Assembly (NCBI RefSeq): GCF_009914755.1
Contig: NC_060928.1
Length of the DNA: 64,000 nucleotides
Source of the DNA: the human T2T-CHM13v2.0 reference genome, Homo sapiens
Reading direction: 5' to 3' (one strand)
The first letter of the stretch is position 1. Each line of letters begins with the position of its first letter. Of the stretch, positions 39,046 to 54,239 are shown one piece after another. The translations under genes were made by a program, and so were the position numbers. Below the pieces are notes generated by a model, which searched no databases, was not told where the DNA came from, and worked only from the letters and a program-made list of their open reading frames with translations.

Positions 39046-39689
39046 TTTAAATAAGTGCTAGTCTAGGTTCTTTGTATCTTCAAGTGAGTCAGCATGTGTG
39101 CCTCTCTCTCTGTAGATGTCTTTGTATGCATATTTCTTACTCCCTCTCTCAATTTCTGATAACTGTATTTTTATTAGAAAAATACTGGCTAGGCTCTTCA
39201 TCTCTGAGTGTATTTGTGTACACTCAGACACAGATAAACACTACAAGAGACTTAGACAATAAATGTTGTGAGCTTGTTTACAGAAAGACTATATTTAATG
39301 ATTATTGGTTCTTTTTCTTAGAATCTTGATTGTCTATCAAAGGTAACTGGAGATCTTCCATAGAGGGCCGTTTTGAAATAAGAGGAATCACACCTTACAT
39401 ACAGAGTCTTTCTAGCACCAGCAGTCCCACATAACTAGACATAAAGGGCCTGTTCAATAACAAGTGCATAGTCACTTGGGCAAAGAACTGAAAAATTAAA
39501 ATAAGAGCTCCACGTTAGAAAAGGTGGCATTAAAAAGGCGCATCTGCAAATGTCCAAATCAAATTATTTTCTATATATTATATTAAGGCTCCTTTTCAAA
39601 CCATGTTCCACACTCTCCAAAATCACAATTGTTACAATCACACGTCATAAATGACAGGACACATTATGCTGTTACCTTCATAATTTCAG

Positions 39690-40180
39690 TTTGTTCCCAA
39701 TTGACTACAAAAAAAAAATTAGAAACTCTTCATTATGGCTTTCCAGCAGATCCACAACTTACCCACAGTTGATAGCTTTAAGATCATCGGCTGCTTTCTT
39801 CCGCTTCACCCCAACAGCTCGTTACCTTGAACACACCGTGCTTCTTCCTAGTGCTAGTTCCTCACCTTGAGGTATCTGGGTATCTTTCCTTTTCTGGTCT
39901 ACATGACCTCTTTCCAGTATCAGATCAAATGTATTTACAATTCTCTGGTTTCTCCCTATCTTCTCACTACCCAATGAAATTAATCTTGCTCACTTATACA
40001 CTCACATTTTAAAAACAATGCTATCGTGGGACCGATCCTAATTTTATTACAGCTCTGTATTTACTTTTCTAAATTCCTTCTAACGTATCAGATTCTGGAG
40101 TATTTTACTCAGTTGTTCATACCCAGTGCTTAACAAAATGCCTGGCACACACTAGATTCTGAATAAATTTTGGTGGAATT
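39690..40180 (+). mobile_element. L2 3' end
   Basis: Ends cccagtgcttaacaaaatgcctggcacacactag..tgaataaattttggtggaat. Confidence 0.6.
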
Positions 40181-41149
40181 GGATAATTTTAAATTTTCAT
40201 TTAGGTAGTGTGAAATTCACACAGCTTTTTGAACGCTGAAACTGAGAAGAAGAAAAGGATAGGGAAGTGAGCAGAATCTAAATAAGAACATGATTCCTAA
40301 GCCCAACCTTTGAGGAAGAGTGCCTGAACACTGGCTCCATCGTCTTTGTGACTGGCGAGCCAAGCAAAGAGTTCCTGTGTGCAGTCGGCGAACAATGTCA
40401 CATTAGTGATGACAGTTGCCAGGCACTTGGGGAAACTTGCTGAGTACCATGGCCCACTGAAGCAGCAATTTTTCTCAAATCAATTTCAGTTTCTCAAATG
40501 CTGAGTATGTAGTGATATTTCAAAGTAATCTCCAAAGATGCACTCAAGCACCAGCAGGAGTTCCAAGCTATTGTTCCATTACATCAGGTGTTATTTTTAT
40601 GCTTTTTTTAAAAAAGAGAAAAAGACACAAGAACTTCAGAGAGGACAAAATTCAACGCTTTTTGGTCAAGTACAATCCCCACTAGTTCCTTTCTAGCGCC
40701 CTACAGGTTATCACCCCAATATTCAAATCTAAGTCCCCAACCAACTTAACCTGTTGAATGTGCCTAATTATGAGACATTTTAGAGTTATTATCCTCATTC
40801 TTTCTGTGCATATGGATTAAGTATCTCTAGGTTTTTTTTTTAAATGAGCAAAAATATCTCTTTTCCCCCAGCTGAGATGAAAGAATGTTAGAAAATAATT
40901 GTATATTTTGAGTTATATATTCTTTTCTAATGTCAGAGAACTCAGATATTTATCTAAGTTGGAGAAAGAGAAACTATGTTTCATGCAGTGAATCAAAACT
41001 AAAGATATGCAAGCTTCATAAGTAGGCAAAGAGAAGAGAGACTAAAGTAGAAAAGGAGAATTAAGAGGAGTATGAGGAGGAGATAAGTTGAGCGCAGTGA
41101 GGAAAACTAACTTTCCCGAGAGCTAGACAAAGGGAACCCACACTGAAGA

Positions 41150-42080
41150 TACTGTGTCCGATACAGTAGCCACCTTGTGAGCACTTGAAAAGTAGCTAGT
41201 CCAAACTAAGATATTCTATAAATATAAAATTATACACTGGAATTCAAAATGTAGTATGAGAAAAAGGAATATAAAATAGTTCATTAATAATTTTCATATT
41301 GACATGTTCAAATAGTATTTTGAATATAGTGGGTTAAAAAAATTAAAATTACTTTCACCTCTTTTTATATGACTTTTTCATGTGACTACTAGAAAATTTT
41401 TAATTGCATATTTAGCTCACATTACATTTCTATTGGACATGTCAAATGTTTTTAAATTCAGATTTGAATAAGTAAACAATTATTTGAAGCATTATTGTAA
41501 TAAGAGGAAAGGGACTATTGCAATACAGAGAATGCTCTAACCACAAGATCTGCAAAAACCTCAAAGATTAGGCAGAAAGGAATATATATGTATATTTATC
41601 AGAGGGGTAAACAAGCCTAGAAAGAAATGAATGTGGGGAAGTGGGTGGCATGTCTGGACAATTGTTCAAGGAATGTATTTCCTTGCAGTCAGCTGATTCA
41701 CAAGACATACAGTTAAGAGAACAAGAAACAAGGGTTTGTTTGCTGTATCAAGCTAGGAAGTATTAAAGTTCAGGGACTCAGGGAAGGACAGAAGTTTAAG
41801 TTAGTCAACTTAATTAATAGCACTTTGTTTCAATTGATCAACAGGGCAAAGAAATCAGCTAATATTTTATGGGGCAAAGAAATGGGAATGTGGAGGGTCT
41901 GTGTCTGGCCTTAGCATAATCAAGGGGGGTGTCCATGAGCCTTACCTGAGTCATATGGGGAAAGGTGGTTCTTCATGATAAGCTATTTTCCTGGGACAAA
42001 AAGGGTGGGGAATTTCTTAACTGTCCTTGTTTTCCAGGATCATAGGTTCCAGTAAAATTCAGCATTGTCAGACAGTGTAT
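41150..42080 (-). mobile_element. MER33-like hAT-Charlie element (41150-41439, terminus resumes at 42071) split by an LTR
   Basis: tgtccgatacagtagccac..gagcacttgaaa..tactagaaaattt..ttacatttctattggaca|...|gacagtg. Confidence 0.75.
41440..42070 (-). mobile_element. ERV1 (MER4-group, MER67-like) solo LTR
   Basis: TG...CA ends (tgtcaaatg...cagcattgtca) with 4-bp TSD gaca. Confidence 0.7.
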
Positions 42081-42109
42081 TTCTAGAATCTAAGTTTAGC
42101 ACTATTTCC

Positions 42110-42790
42110 AGAGTGGTGGTTAAAATAAGATGTAGAGTAAGAAAAACTAACTTCAGATCTCAGGCCTGCCATTACCAGCTCTCTGAACTTGGACAATTTA
42201 CATAAATTCTGTTTGCCTCAGTTTTTTCATTTCTCAAAAGTATTTACTTCACAGGGCTCTTATGTTTGTGGAAATAAACAAAGAGCACCAAAATGAAAAC
42301 AATAAGGCTATTTGTTCAGAGCTTGCTGTAGCAAGGGAGACAGCCACCATCCCTTGCATTTGGCAGAGACTCAACAGTGGACAGGGGAGTAAAAAATGTT
42401 TATAGTGGTAAAAAGGGAAGACGTTAGATATGTTCTGATTGCAGATTGTTGGCATAGTGAAGCTGGAAACAGGCTAACTAGAAGCAGAACATCTATCTCA
42501 TATCATTGGTTTGGAGAACATATTTGGCTTTCTTTGGTTGGTCTTGAGTTGGAAGCAAGGGTGGGGGCAGTGGAATAATGAAGCTCCCTGTTATTGACCA
42601 AGTCCTGGCTTTCTGGGTTGATTACTGCAGAGGTTGACATTTAGTTTCCCTGGTTGCTGCAGAGGATATGGGCCAGAGTTCTACTGGTTATTTAAGTTCT
42701 GGTCCCATCAGTTTGTACATTTAGTCTCTCATGATGATAAAGTGAGATAGTGTATGTAAAGTGCTTAATAAGTGATTTGACCCACAGTGA
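42110..42790 (+). mobile_element. MIR split by an LTR insertion
   Basis: gtggtggttaaaa..ttggacaattta..gcctcagttttttcat before 42262, and gtgagatagtgtatgtaaagtgcttaa after 42732. Confidence 0.65.
42263..42731 (-). mobile_element. ERV1 solo LTR (MER90-like)
   Basis: Ends tttgtacatttagtctctca and interrupts a MIR. Subfamily from memory. Confidence 0.6.
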
Positions 42791-42867
42791 GAATCAGCTT
42801 TAATTTTACGCCATCTTCTTTTCTTAGTAGGTAATATGTAGCTCCTTACTCTTACTTGGGCCAGTTT

Positions 42868-43386
42868 TGTTAACTATAATAGGAAATAATCTATCATATG
42901 TCAAAAGCTGGCTCTCCAAACGTTCACACAATTTGGTTATAAGACAAAGGTGAGTTATCGCTTATTAAAGACAAGGGAAAATATCATCTTTCAAAGCTTT
43001 TACAGTATTTCAGAGGGGAAAAGTGAGATTGGAAGTTATTAAAAATTGGAAATTGGTTTAAGGCAAGGTTTTCAATGCAGGGACTTCATTAGAGTAGGAA
43101 TCATAATAAAACCATTCCAGGTTTGGTGGAAATAGTAAGATGATGATTTTGAAGGTTCCAAGAATCTTAGGGCATGAACTCTCTGTTGATATTGTCTGTT
43201 AAAGAGTTGATGAGTCTTTTTAGAAGTTCCTATAGTCAACAATCACACCACTTGCTGGAGGAAGATGGCCCTGGGAGAATAAAGACATGTTGATGAATAT
43301 AAAAGTAATATTAATATAGACAGTAAGGTATGATTTCAGTTGTCAGTGCCTAAACTGAATGGGGGAAGACGATTTTGGTTCTTACA
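42868..43386 (-). mobile_element. Old LTR element (MER110-like, uncertain)
   Basis: TG...CA-bounded ~520-bp block ending ttttggttcttaca. Confidence 0.4.
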
Positions 43387-44508
43387 TAGATTACACCTAT
43401 TTATGTCTATAAATTTTAATTAGGTATTCAGTTACAAAGAGCTTGATCTAATTTAGAAAATTTGTATCTGTCATGGTGGTTCTTTTTCTCAATGTTTCCA
43501 AAAAGTATTCTCCAAAGAGGCCCTCTTCCTCAAGATACAAAAGGTAATTGCTGAAAAAATGTGCTATGGTTGAATAAGATTGACAAGTTTTTCTAGGTCT
43601 TCCTCTTGTTGATATATAGCATACTAGAATATAATAAAATGTCTGAGAAGTAGAGCATTCCAGAGTCCTCTTTAACTTGTTTAACTCAAAGGCTTTGAGT
43701 GTAAGTGGTTTATATGGGAGGTTAGGCGTTGATTCTAGGAAGAACCATTAGAATGATGGGAAATGAAAAAAAGGAAGGAAAGCAACCTAATATGGGATGT
43801 ATTAATGAGCAGACTGCCAGTGCACACACCAGGGGCTCGGTGCTGCTGGGAACATGGGGAGACAGTGTGAAAGGAACTTCAGAGTTATTCCACCTAAATT
43901 GGTTGTAATCTACAGATTATTTATGCTCAAACTCTCATCATTGGTTGAGTGTTGTTCTTATGGGTATTAACTTCTCCAGCACTTCTGGCTTGCCTTGGGC
44001 AAAGGTTAAGAGAAAGCTCTCAGGCAGAGAGCCACAAGATTTTAAAGGCCAATAATATGTACCCATACTACAACAGTGAATGCTATTACAACAATCAACG
44101 TTGAAAGGGATAAGCTTTTGGCTCCAGTGGCGTCTGCTACAGTCTGCCACTTGCAATTCTCAAATTCACTCATCTCCCAAGATAAGTTCAATTTGCCCTA
44201 TCACTGCTTCTTTAAGTTGATGGTCCATAACAATTTCTAAAAACAAATAAGTCTTACAACAAGAAGAATAATGGGAATTTATAACAGAAAATGGGGTAAG
44301 CTACATTCCTCACTATTGAAGTTGGTGTTGAGGCTGAAATTGACATTGTACATCGGCTATCACTCACTCCATTTCCTTTAAGTACCTTAAGCAGTACTTC
44401 AGCTTGTCTCTGAGAAGTATAAGACCTGCCTATTGTATCTTTGTGTTGGCTTTAATAGCCCACTGGTAGTTACCATTACACATTAAAGCATCAAGAACTC
44501 CAGGAACA

Positions 44509-44733
44509 TAGGATGAATATGGTAAGCAATAATGTATTTTTTCAAACAGCTAGAAGAGAGACTTTTGCATGTTACTAACACAAAAAAATGATAATGTTCT
44601 GAGGTGATGGATATGCTAATTACCCTGATTCGATCATTACACGTTGTACACATTTATCAAAATATCATGTACCACACAAATATGTACAATTATGTGTCAA
44701 TTAATATGAATAAATAAAAATAAATTTTAAAAG
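44509..44733 (+). mobile_element. L1MA-type 3' end
   Basis: tgaggtgatggatatgctaattaccctgattcgatcattacacgttgta. Degenerate TSD agaactccaggaac / agaattccagaaaac. Confidence 0.85.
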
Positions 44734-44917
44734 AGAATTCCAGAAAACTTGTGGATTTCAAATATAATCTTTCCTATCTTTACTACATAGCAGCAACTTC
44801 ATCTTCTTGTTATAATGCTGGTTAATTACTTATCAGTATGTTAACTTTTTTCTTGGTTAATCTAACAGCACAAAGAATTTCAAATGACATGGAAATGGAT
44901 ATTAGTGGGAACACTAC

Positions 44918-45777
<860 letters not shown>

Positions 45778-46331
45778 ACTACTGTCTCCCCTGATAGAAA
45801 TGCTCAATCTCCCTCCCAGGAAACGAAACCTTTAATCCAGAACAGGCATAGAAAGCAAAGTTTCTCCAGGTATGGCATTGGGAATAGTGAAAGGGGCTTC
45901 TCTGAATTCCACCCCTGTACCTGGACCTGTGTATTCTGAGTATCACACAGTATCATATATTGACCATTGGTTCAAAGTTATATCATATCTTGAAGAACAG
46001 CACCCCAACTCTGCAGGGCTATAGCTAGCAATACTTTTCGAATGCTACCCTGCTTGAAATTAAGCCAATCATTTCAAGGTTAACAGATGGTAGGATGAGT
46101 GAATCTCATGATTATGTGCCTCCTTTGCAAAACAAACAAACAAACAAACAAACAAACAAAAAACACAAGTGGTTCCTATGTTCTAAGGCAGGATATGAGA
46201 TGCATATCTATGAGTTCTCAGATAATGATGCCAATTAAGAGAATGTGGGAAGTGGAAGAAAACCCACACTCAGAAACATAAATACCAGTGATGATAAACC
46301 ACTGTCCCCTCCAGAGTTCAGTGCCACCTCC

Positions 46332-47501
46332 TGTGTTGTTTCTTTCAAATTTGACGTTGACATCTCTCTCTGGAGAGTGGCCATAAACTCTAGCCCATCC
46401 CTGATAGGGTTCCAGGAGATTTGATCATAGATGCTTACACTGTGTCTTTCACAGGAAACTTCTTTATCCTGGCAATCAGCCTAAATGTCTGACTCATGAC
46501 CAGTTGTCCCTCTCCCAGGAAATTTGTTTATACTGGCAGACACCCTAGTGGCTCTTGTCTGATCTTTGACTAGTTTACTTCTGCAAAGATAGCTACTCTC
46601 TAGAGAGAACTTGACCCAGAGAAAGGTTAGGTTTTGGTGTGTCAGCTTGGTGAGACCCAGAGAACCCACACAACAAAAACACGTGACATAAAAGAAGTTT
46701 ATTACTCATAGGTCCATGAAAGAGAGGGATATTGATGAGGGACAACAAGAGGGTCACAAAAGCAATGCCCTCAACCAGCAGATATGGAGCCGGAGAAAGA
46801 TAAACCTATAGGCCACAGCCTTATTGGGGTTCAAGATGTTACTCAAGCAGGCTTCCTGAGGTAAGTTATAATTGGTGGGTTTAGGGCAGGCACATGTTCC
46901 ATACAGTCACACTGTGACTGACAGCTAGTCACTGCAGCATATTTGTGCAGTCCATGTGGGTTGTGTGGGGGTCAGTGGGACAAGTCAAGTACGTTGTATC
47001 TATCTGTGTCAGAGAGAGGTGGCCATCAGGAAGTGATTGTATAAGACAAATATCTGAGCCAGGTGTGCTGGCTCATGCCTGTAACCTCAACAATTTAAGA
47101 GGCCAAGGCAGGAGAATTGCCTTGAGACCAAGAGCTCAAGACCTGCCTGGGTAACATGGTGAGACCCTGTCTCTACAGAAAATACAAAAATTATCTGGGC
47201 ATAGTGGCATGCACCTGTGGTCCCAGCTCCTTGAGGGGCTGAGGCAGGAGGATCCCTTGAGTTCAGGAGGTCAGGGCTGTGGTTAACCATGGTCACACTA
47301 CTGCACTCCAGCCTGGGCAACAGACTGAGACCCTATCTCAAAAAAAGACAAATATCTGGTTTCACCACACAGAGGAATTGGAAGGAGACAAAGAATTGGA
47401 AATTGTCAAAGGCAACTAAAACCTGCTTCTGGTGTGAAAAAGTTAAAACCTATATTCAAAATGGATGCCAAAACAACATAAAATTATAGAAATTTGCTAC
47501 A
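46332..47501 (-). mobile_element. MER54-like LTR
   Basis: Ends cctatattcaaaatggatgcc..aaattatagaaatttgctaca. Antisense poly(A) signal tttatt near 46698. Subfamily from memory. Confidence 0.65.
47057..47346 (+). mobile_element. AluJ SINE inside the MER54-like LTR
   Basis: gagaccctgtctctaca..ggaggatcccttgagttcaggaggtc (AluJ features). Perfect TSD aagacaaatatctg. Confidence 0.92.
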
Positions 47502-49921
47502 GCTTGGATTTTATGTTACTGTTTATTTGGGTGACCCTAAGAAGACTGGAAAGGAAGAGGTGATATAACACAGGAAACCAATAAAGAGTGTGTTAAGGAG
47601 CAAGATATCACCGTGGACAACAGGAGCTCAATCCTGCTAATGATCTCAGAGATAGTATAGAACATGCCTGAGAGTCACCCATCCAAAGGACAAAAACACT
47701 GGAGTATTCACACTCTAGCTTCCATTCACTATTAACTAGGAGTTTTTCCTGGTGGCATTAATTCTCCTGGTCTGCCTTATGCAAAGTCTGAGAGTAAGCA
47801 CTTAGGCAGACAGCCCATAGGACACCTGTTCATTTAATGAAATATTGAGCACTAGGGGAGGGGACATAGGCAGGACAACTGCAAGGTCTCTTACACTCAG
47901 CATTTGAGAAGATCATCCTAGAGCAGAATTAATATTCAGCTGGTTTGCTCTGCCTAGCTGTTTCTTATTTACAGCTGGTGTCTGTTCTGATTGTTCAATA
48001 GCCATGCTCTGTTGGTTAAAGATTAAAAATATCACCCTCCTTAAGGGTATGGGATTGCTCCCTAATTATTAGTAAGGGAAAGACTTAAAGTATGGAATGA
48101 GTTATAGTTCAAAACCCAGAGGTATGAAGAAGAGCTCCAGACACTTGACAACAAAGACAGAGAGTTGTCAACCATCTGAACACTTTGCAAACACCTTCCT
48201 ATTATATGGCAACCTGGTCTTGATGAGAAAAGCTCATTGTTTAATGATAATGTCAAGCAGAAAGCTTGAGTTTTTACAAATAGGAAGAGACCAAATTTGG
48301 ATCTATGCCCTTGAAACAGAGATATTTCTTACACTCTCTCTAATGAGACATAACTTATAATCTAAACTTGTTTGAAGTTCAACTAAGTAAAGTGAGCTTG
48401 TTAGCAATCACTATCTTGGAGTTATATGTTTTATCAATATTGTGTAGAGGACAGCTCTAGAATGAACAACTATAAAAAGACCAAGTTAGTTCCATCTTCC
48501 AGTGAGTAAAATTCTTAAAATGTAAGTAGCATGCCAAATTGCACAATAAGCATATAAATAAAACCCATCTCTTTGATTTTAGTCCAGAGTTCTGCCCAAT
48601 AGAGCACATTGCCTCTTAAAACTTCTCAATGGTAAGGAATTATTATTAAATCATGTTCAAAAGGGCAAAACTAGCATGAAACTCAAGCCAATACCATATG
48701 GAACAGAGAATAAAATGAATTAGCATATTATTAATTGCATACCATTAATTTTCAAGGACAATTGCAAATTAGAACAACTCATTCATTTCTAAAATGTAGC
48801 TTATGTATAGGGAATATCTTCATGTCTCAGACAGGTTATTCATTTATTAAGTTTAAAATATTTTCTTTCAATCTTAGTTCCCTGAAGGGTGCCATAAAAA
48901 GGGGACAGATGTTAAATGGGAAGAGTGAGAGTTTGTGAGCCATAAGCCTGTCACTATAAATCAAGGAGAAAAATAGCAAGCAATAGTCAGAGAAGACTGA
49001 GGAAGCTCTTTTTGCTATAGCCCAAGCACTCAGTCCAGACACATGCAGAAAAGGAAAAATAATTTCAATAGTATCATTCAAGAAAAACTATGAACATTAT
49101 AACAAGAATCTATTTTAGTCCCTTTTCAATTGCCTTCGTTATTCAGCTGATGTCAGTAAGGCAAGATTCTCGAAAATTTTACTCCTGAATTGCTTGCAAC
49201 GCACTGACATTGTGTTCAGCTCTGTATTGACTTAGAAGATGACTTGGTCTTTGCCTGGGGCTCTTACAATCTGGTTGAAGTAGTCAAAGCAATTTAAACA
49301 TAAAAATGCCAACTGAGAAGGGGATTAAATCCCAAGAGGTATAAAGGTGCATGTAACATTATTAGCCATAACACCACATATATGGTAATTAAGCAAAAAG
49401 CACTTCTATTTTGCTACCTTCAGCAGCCCATATCAAAAGGCCACTATTTAAATCAAGTCAACTTGTGACCTTGATGTGACTTATGATTTGCCAAACCTGT
49501 AACACTGTAATCAATAATTCAAATAAATTTAAATAATCAGAGTTGTGTGCTGCAGATTTACATGCTCTCTTAACATTTTAGAACCAAAATACATTGTGAT
49601 TTTTAGACTGTGACACCATCTATGAAATTATTCCAACACTGTAAGAAGTTATGCGGCAGTATAGAAACTAAATTGGGTTTTGATAGACTCATCTTACATG
49701 TCCATTGGCTAAGTTGCACTCCTGTCAGTGAATTTATGAAGGCTAGTTGAGTAAGTCAACAATATATTCATGATATGCAACTGTGGGATCAGTGAAGTTA
49801 GTTCCACTCTACTCAAGTCTAACAGAATCAGTGGTAATTATTATTTAACTGAATTGTATTCCACATCATATAGCATTATGATTAAACAATGTCCTCAAAT
49901 AGGCTCTGTTATCTCCACTAT

Positions 49922-50015
49922 GATAATAGATAGGTAGATGATAGATAGATATGTAGGTAGGTAGGTAGGTAGGTATATAGATTAGATAGATAGATACATA
50001 GATAGATGATAGATG
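49922..50015. repeat. Compound (GATA)n/(GGTA)n microsatellite
   Basis: gatagatagat..gtaggtaggtaggtaggtaggta..tagatagatagatacatagatagat. Confidence 0.9.
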
Positions 50016-50164
50016 TTTTATAATGCTAAAGTCCCATTTTATTGTTATGAAGTTGGTATATCTGAAGTTGATGTGAAACTGATCCTTTTTTTCCCCAAAA
50101 TTTTCATTCTCCTCAGCCCTTCCTCCACTCTCTATAATGTAAATGAAAATTAAGGTATGAATTT

Positions 50165-50640
50165 TCAGGGTGTTCTAAGAAACATTTGATAACTGAGTGT
50201 TTCTTGAACAAAGGGACTATTTACAGAGTTGTAAGTAGATTTAAGGATATCTTAAGCTAATAATGGCAAAACACACACAGAAAAACAACAAGAACCCATT
50301 ATAATCCCTTGGAACCAAAGGAATCAGGGGAAAGTAAGGTAGTGGTGAAGCCCAGAGAGGTCTTAGGGCCATGAAGGAGGAGCCACGTGATACAACCTAT
50401 AATTGTAGGACGAACCACTGACAGAATTGTAGCAGGCAAAGAGAGTGGTAAAGGAAGGTAAATACTCAGATTTCTAATTTCTTCTGCCCTCTGATTTCCT
50501 GTTTGTGCTTCCCATTGGCTGAAACCAATCCAAAGACAAGAAAACCAAGATGATGCAAACTATAGTTGTCAGTCTCCTGGGGCATAAGCAGGGTAGAAGA
50601 CAGTAAAGAATGTACAACACAGATAGGTATGGTTAGATAT
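50165..50640 (-). mobile_element. LTR33-like ERVL LTR
   Basis: aaagggactatttacagag..ttcccattggctgaaaccaa..gatgatgca..gtcagtctcctggggca..gcagggtagaag. Confidence 0.55.
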
Positions 50641-50711
50641 TCTATTTTGCATATTACTAGTAAATGTTTGTATATTAAACATACAGTCTGTGCCTGCATG
50701 TAATAAAACTA

Positions 50712-51132
50712 TGAAGTAGTTTTGAATGGTTTGTGTCCCCCAGAAAATCATGTTGAAATTTGATTTCCAACATGGCAGTGTTGGGAGGTGGGGCTTAGAG
50801 TTAGGTGTTTGGATCATGAGGCCACCAGCTTCATCATTAGAATAATGCCATCTTTGGGGACTGGGTGAGCTCTCAGTCTCCTGGGAATGGGTGAGGGTGG
50901 GTTGTAATAAAGTTAGCACAGCCTCTTATGTGTCTCTTTGCACATGCCCACTCACTTTCCTGCTTCTCCACCATGTTGTAATGCAGCATATGATCCTTAC
51001 CAGAAGCTAAGCAGATGCTGGTGCCATGCTTCTTGGACTTATCAGCCTCCAGAGTCATGAGCCAAATAATTTTCTCTATAAATAATGCAGTCTTAAGTAT
51101 TCTGTTATAGCAACACAAAATGGACTAAGGCA
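50712..51132 (+). mobile_element. MSTB/MSTC-like MaLR solo LTR
   Basis: gtttgtgtcccccagaaaatcatgttgaaatttga..gcagatgctggtgccatgcttcttggact..tctgttatagcaacacaaaatggactaaggca. Confidence 0.85.
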
Positions 51133-52511
51133 TCCACTAAATATTGTTTATATAAGATTTCTGTTTACTCAGTTCTATTAATCCACATGTCATTTACAAT
51201 CCAAGAACCTCTACTCAAGATGACATGGTTGAAACGAATAGTTTCATTCTTACAAGTTAATACCTCCATTACATAACGTTGAATGTATGATCCAATTGTG
51301 CTTTTTTCCAGAAAGTATATTCTCAAATGAAAAATTATCATAATTTAAAATGCAGTGTCAGCAATGCCAGAAAATATATAATGATATCTTTGCCTAAACA
51401 AAATAATCCAAGCAGGATAATGAGTATGGAGAGAGTGAGTGAGCCCAGTCTGAAGTATATAGATTAATAAGAGGGAAGATAGATAAGGAAATTGTAGACA
51501 GAGAAGAAGGGACAAATTCTATATCTTAGAGGTGGGGCTGCCTTATAATGACTAGGTTCATACTGGTGCTGTGTGGAGGTGGAGTACAAATGGAGGTTAG
51601 TGACTCAAGGAAAGAGAGGAACTATTCAATTAAGAGATTTAATGAACCATCAACAAGAATAAAAGTGGGAGTGAGTTACAGAGGGAAAGCATAATACATG
51701 CTTGTAACCTCCTCTGCTATTTTTTTTTCTGAACCAATTAATGTTGAAGTTTTTACCTCACATATTTACTAGGATCCATTTTTTCCCTGTTTTCAATGTA
51801 TGCCTCTCAAATGTATGTAGGTATGTTAATTAGTCCCCTTATGTAATTCTACCAAACAGTAGTTGGATGTAAGTGTTTCTACTTGACCAACTGATCCATC
51901 CCAAACATGTAAAAAATTATATTCCTTAAAATTATAAAAACTTTAAGTCTACTTAAGAAAGCACAATAAGTATAGTTCTGCACAGGTGGAAATAAGTAAT
52001 TCTTACTCTGCATTTCAACATTTTAAAAATAAAATTGGACTCTAACATCTATTCTATTTCTATTATACCATGATATCTTTCTTTATGAAGGTTAGTGCTA
52101 TTTCCCAAACTAAATTACCAACTGCTAGACTTGTAATTCCTGGCAGCATATAGTCTACAGTGCAGAGAGAATTGTTGAAACTCAGGAAATTTTTGTTGAA
52201 TTAAATTTGATTCATTTTCTATTAATCAATTTTCACAACTTTTCTCTAACTTTATAACCTAAAGAAGAGTGCATTCTAAATTCATGCTGCCTGTTTACTT
52301 TTTCATACAATTTCTAGAAGTCAGTCATTCAAATCTAAGGTGATTTAATCCACCTATAAGCATCTACACAAAGTATAAACAGAAATTTTCATATAACCAT
52401 GAAAATAAAATATAACAAATGACATCCATACTGTTGTGAATTATTTTAGTCACCATTCTTTGGGTTTTTAAAGTTTTTAAGCTTTTAACTACTTTTAAAA
52501 GTCATAATTTT

Positions 52512-52815
<304 letters not shown>

Positions 52816-53161
52816 TCATAATTTTATTTTGTGCAATTTAGAACATTTATCGTCATTTTTGTTTCTTCACATAAAACATCAATATGATTTTAATCATGCC
52901 ACAGCTATTCATCATATGCACATAAGATCTATAATACTATAATAAAACATTAACTTATAACATAAGAAACTAAAGACGATAACCTTCTTTACCATAGTTC
53001 TAAAAGCTTTTCCCAAACTTAAAATACAAATTTCCTTGAGAAGGGTTATATTCTTCAAAATATAGCAAAAACTCAAAGAATCAAATTTTGGGACCAGGCA
53101 GCACACTAAAAGACCCTCAAAAAATTATCCATTTCTGCTGTGCCACCCTCCTGTTCATTTC

Positions 53162-53383
53162 TGCTATGCTACATAAAATCCTCATCTCTTAGATGACAGA
53201 ATTTTAAAATTCTATATTTTAAATTTATATTTAAAATGCTATGCTATGTAGCATAGCATAGATGTTAGAGTCCAATTTTATTTTTAAAATGTTGAAATGA
53301 AGAGTAAGAATGTGATCCTCATCTCTTAGATGACAAATTTTTAAAATTCTGTCAACTCAGATAAGAGATGAGGATTTTATGTA
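53162..53383. repeat. Mosaic of short direct and inverted duplications
   Basis: 22-bp IR 53170-53191/53362-53383. 36-bp direct repeat 53178/53315. 11-bp hairpin 53236-53259. 54-bp inverted copy (53258-53311) of 51999-52052. Confidence 0.9.
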
Positions 53384-53743
53384 CACAGGCTCCTCGACTT
53401 ACAATGGGGTTATGTCCTCATAAACCCATCATAATTTGAAAATATCATAAGTTGAAAGTGCCTTTAATATACCTAACCTACCAGAACATCATAGCTTAGC
53501 CTATCCTACCTTAAATGTGCTCAAACATCTACGTTCACCTATATTTGGGCAAAATCATCTACCACAAAGCATATTTTATAATAAAGTGTTAAATATCTTA
53601 TGTAATTTATTGAATAGTCCACTGAAAGTGAAAAACAGAATGGTTGTATGGGCATTCAAAATACAGTTTCTACTGAATGCTTCTATACCATCCCAAAGTT
53701 GAAGAATTGTTAACTCCAACCATCTTAAGTTAGGAACTGTCTG
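53384..53743 (+). mobile_element. MER47A-like (TcMar-Tigger) DNA transposon
   Basis: ta|cacaggctcctcgacttacaatggggttatgtcc..cttaagttaggaactgtctg|ta. TA TSD. Confidence 0.8.
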
Positions 53744-54239
53744 TATTTTAAGTTCTCTAGAGAAATAGATTCTACAACCTTATAACATACTGTTAGCACC
53801 GTTGCTGTTATATCTTTATTTATTCAAATTCCATCCTACATCTTCTACATATCTTGTATCTTCTATATTTCAGCCCCTTTTCTTTTGTTCTGAATTCTCT
53901 AAACATGTAATTCAGACTCTAGAGAAGAGGCTTTCATGTAGTGTTAGACTCCAATTCCAATTCTCTAAACTTGGACTAGTAAGAAGTTGTCAACTCATCT
54001 AGATAAACTCCCTCCCAAAGTTGAATCTCTTCCAAAACACCCTTGATGTGTTTGCCCTTCCTTTGCTTGAACACCCCCAGTGACAGGAAGCTTAGTACCA
54101 TGTGAAGATACTTCTGCAGAGATCTCTTTTCTGCACTGGGTTAATATCTGCTTCCTTCTATTATTTCAGTATCAGCTTTTCAAATAGTTGAAGACATTTG
54201 AGCTTTTCTTGGGATATTCTTTTCTAAGATAAACATTTA

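Noticed and set aside
39084-39094. Perfect NF-E2/MARE-like site GTGAGTCAGCA
   Set aside because: A single 11-mer in 64 kb within low-complexity flanks is plausible by chance, with no supporting cluster.
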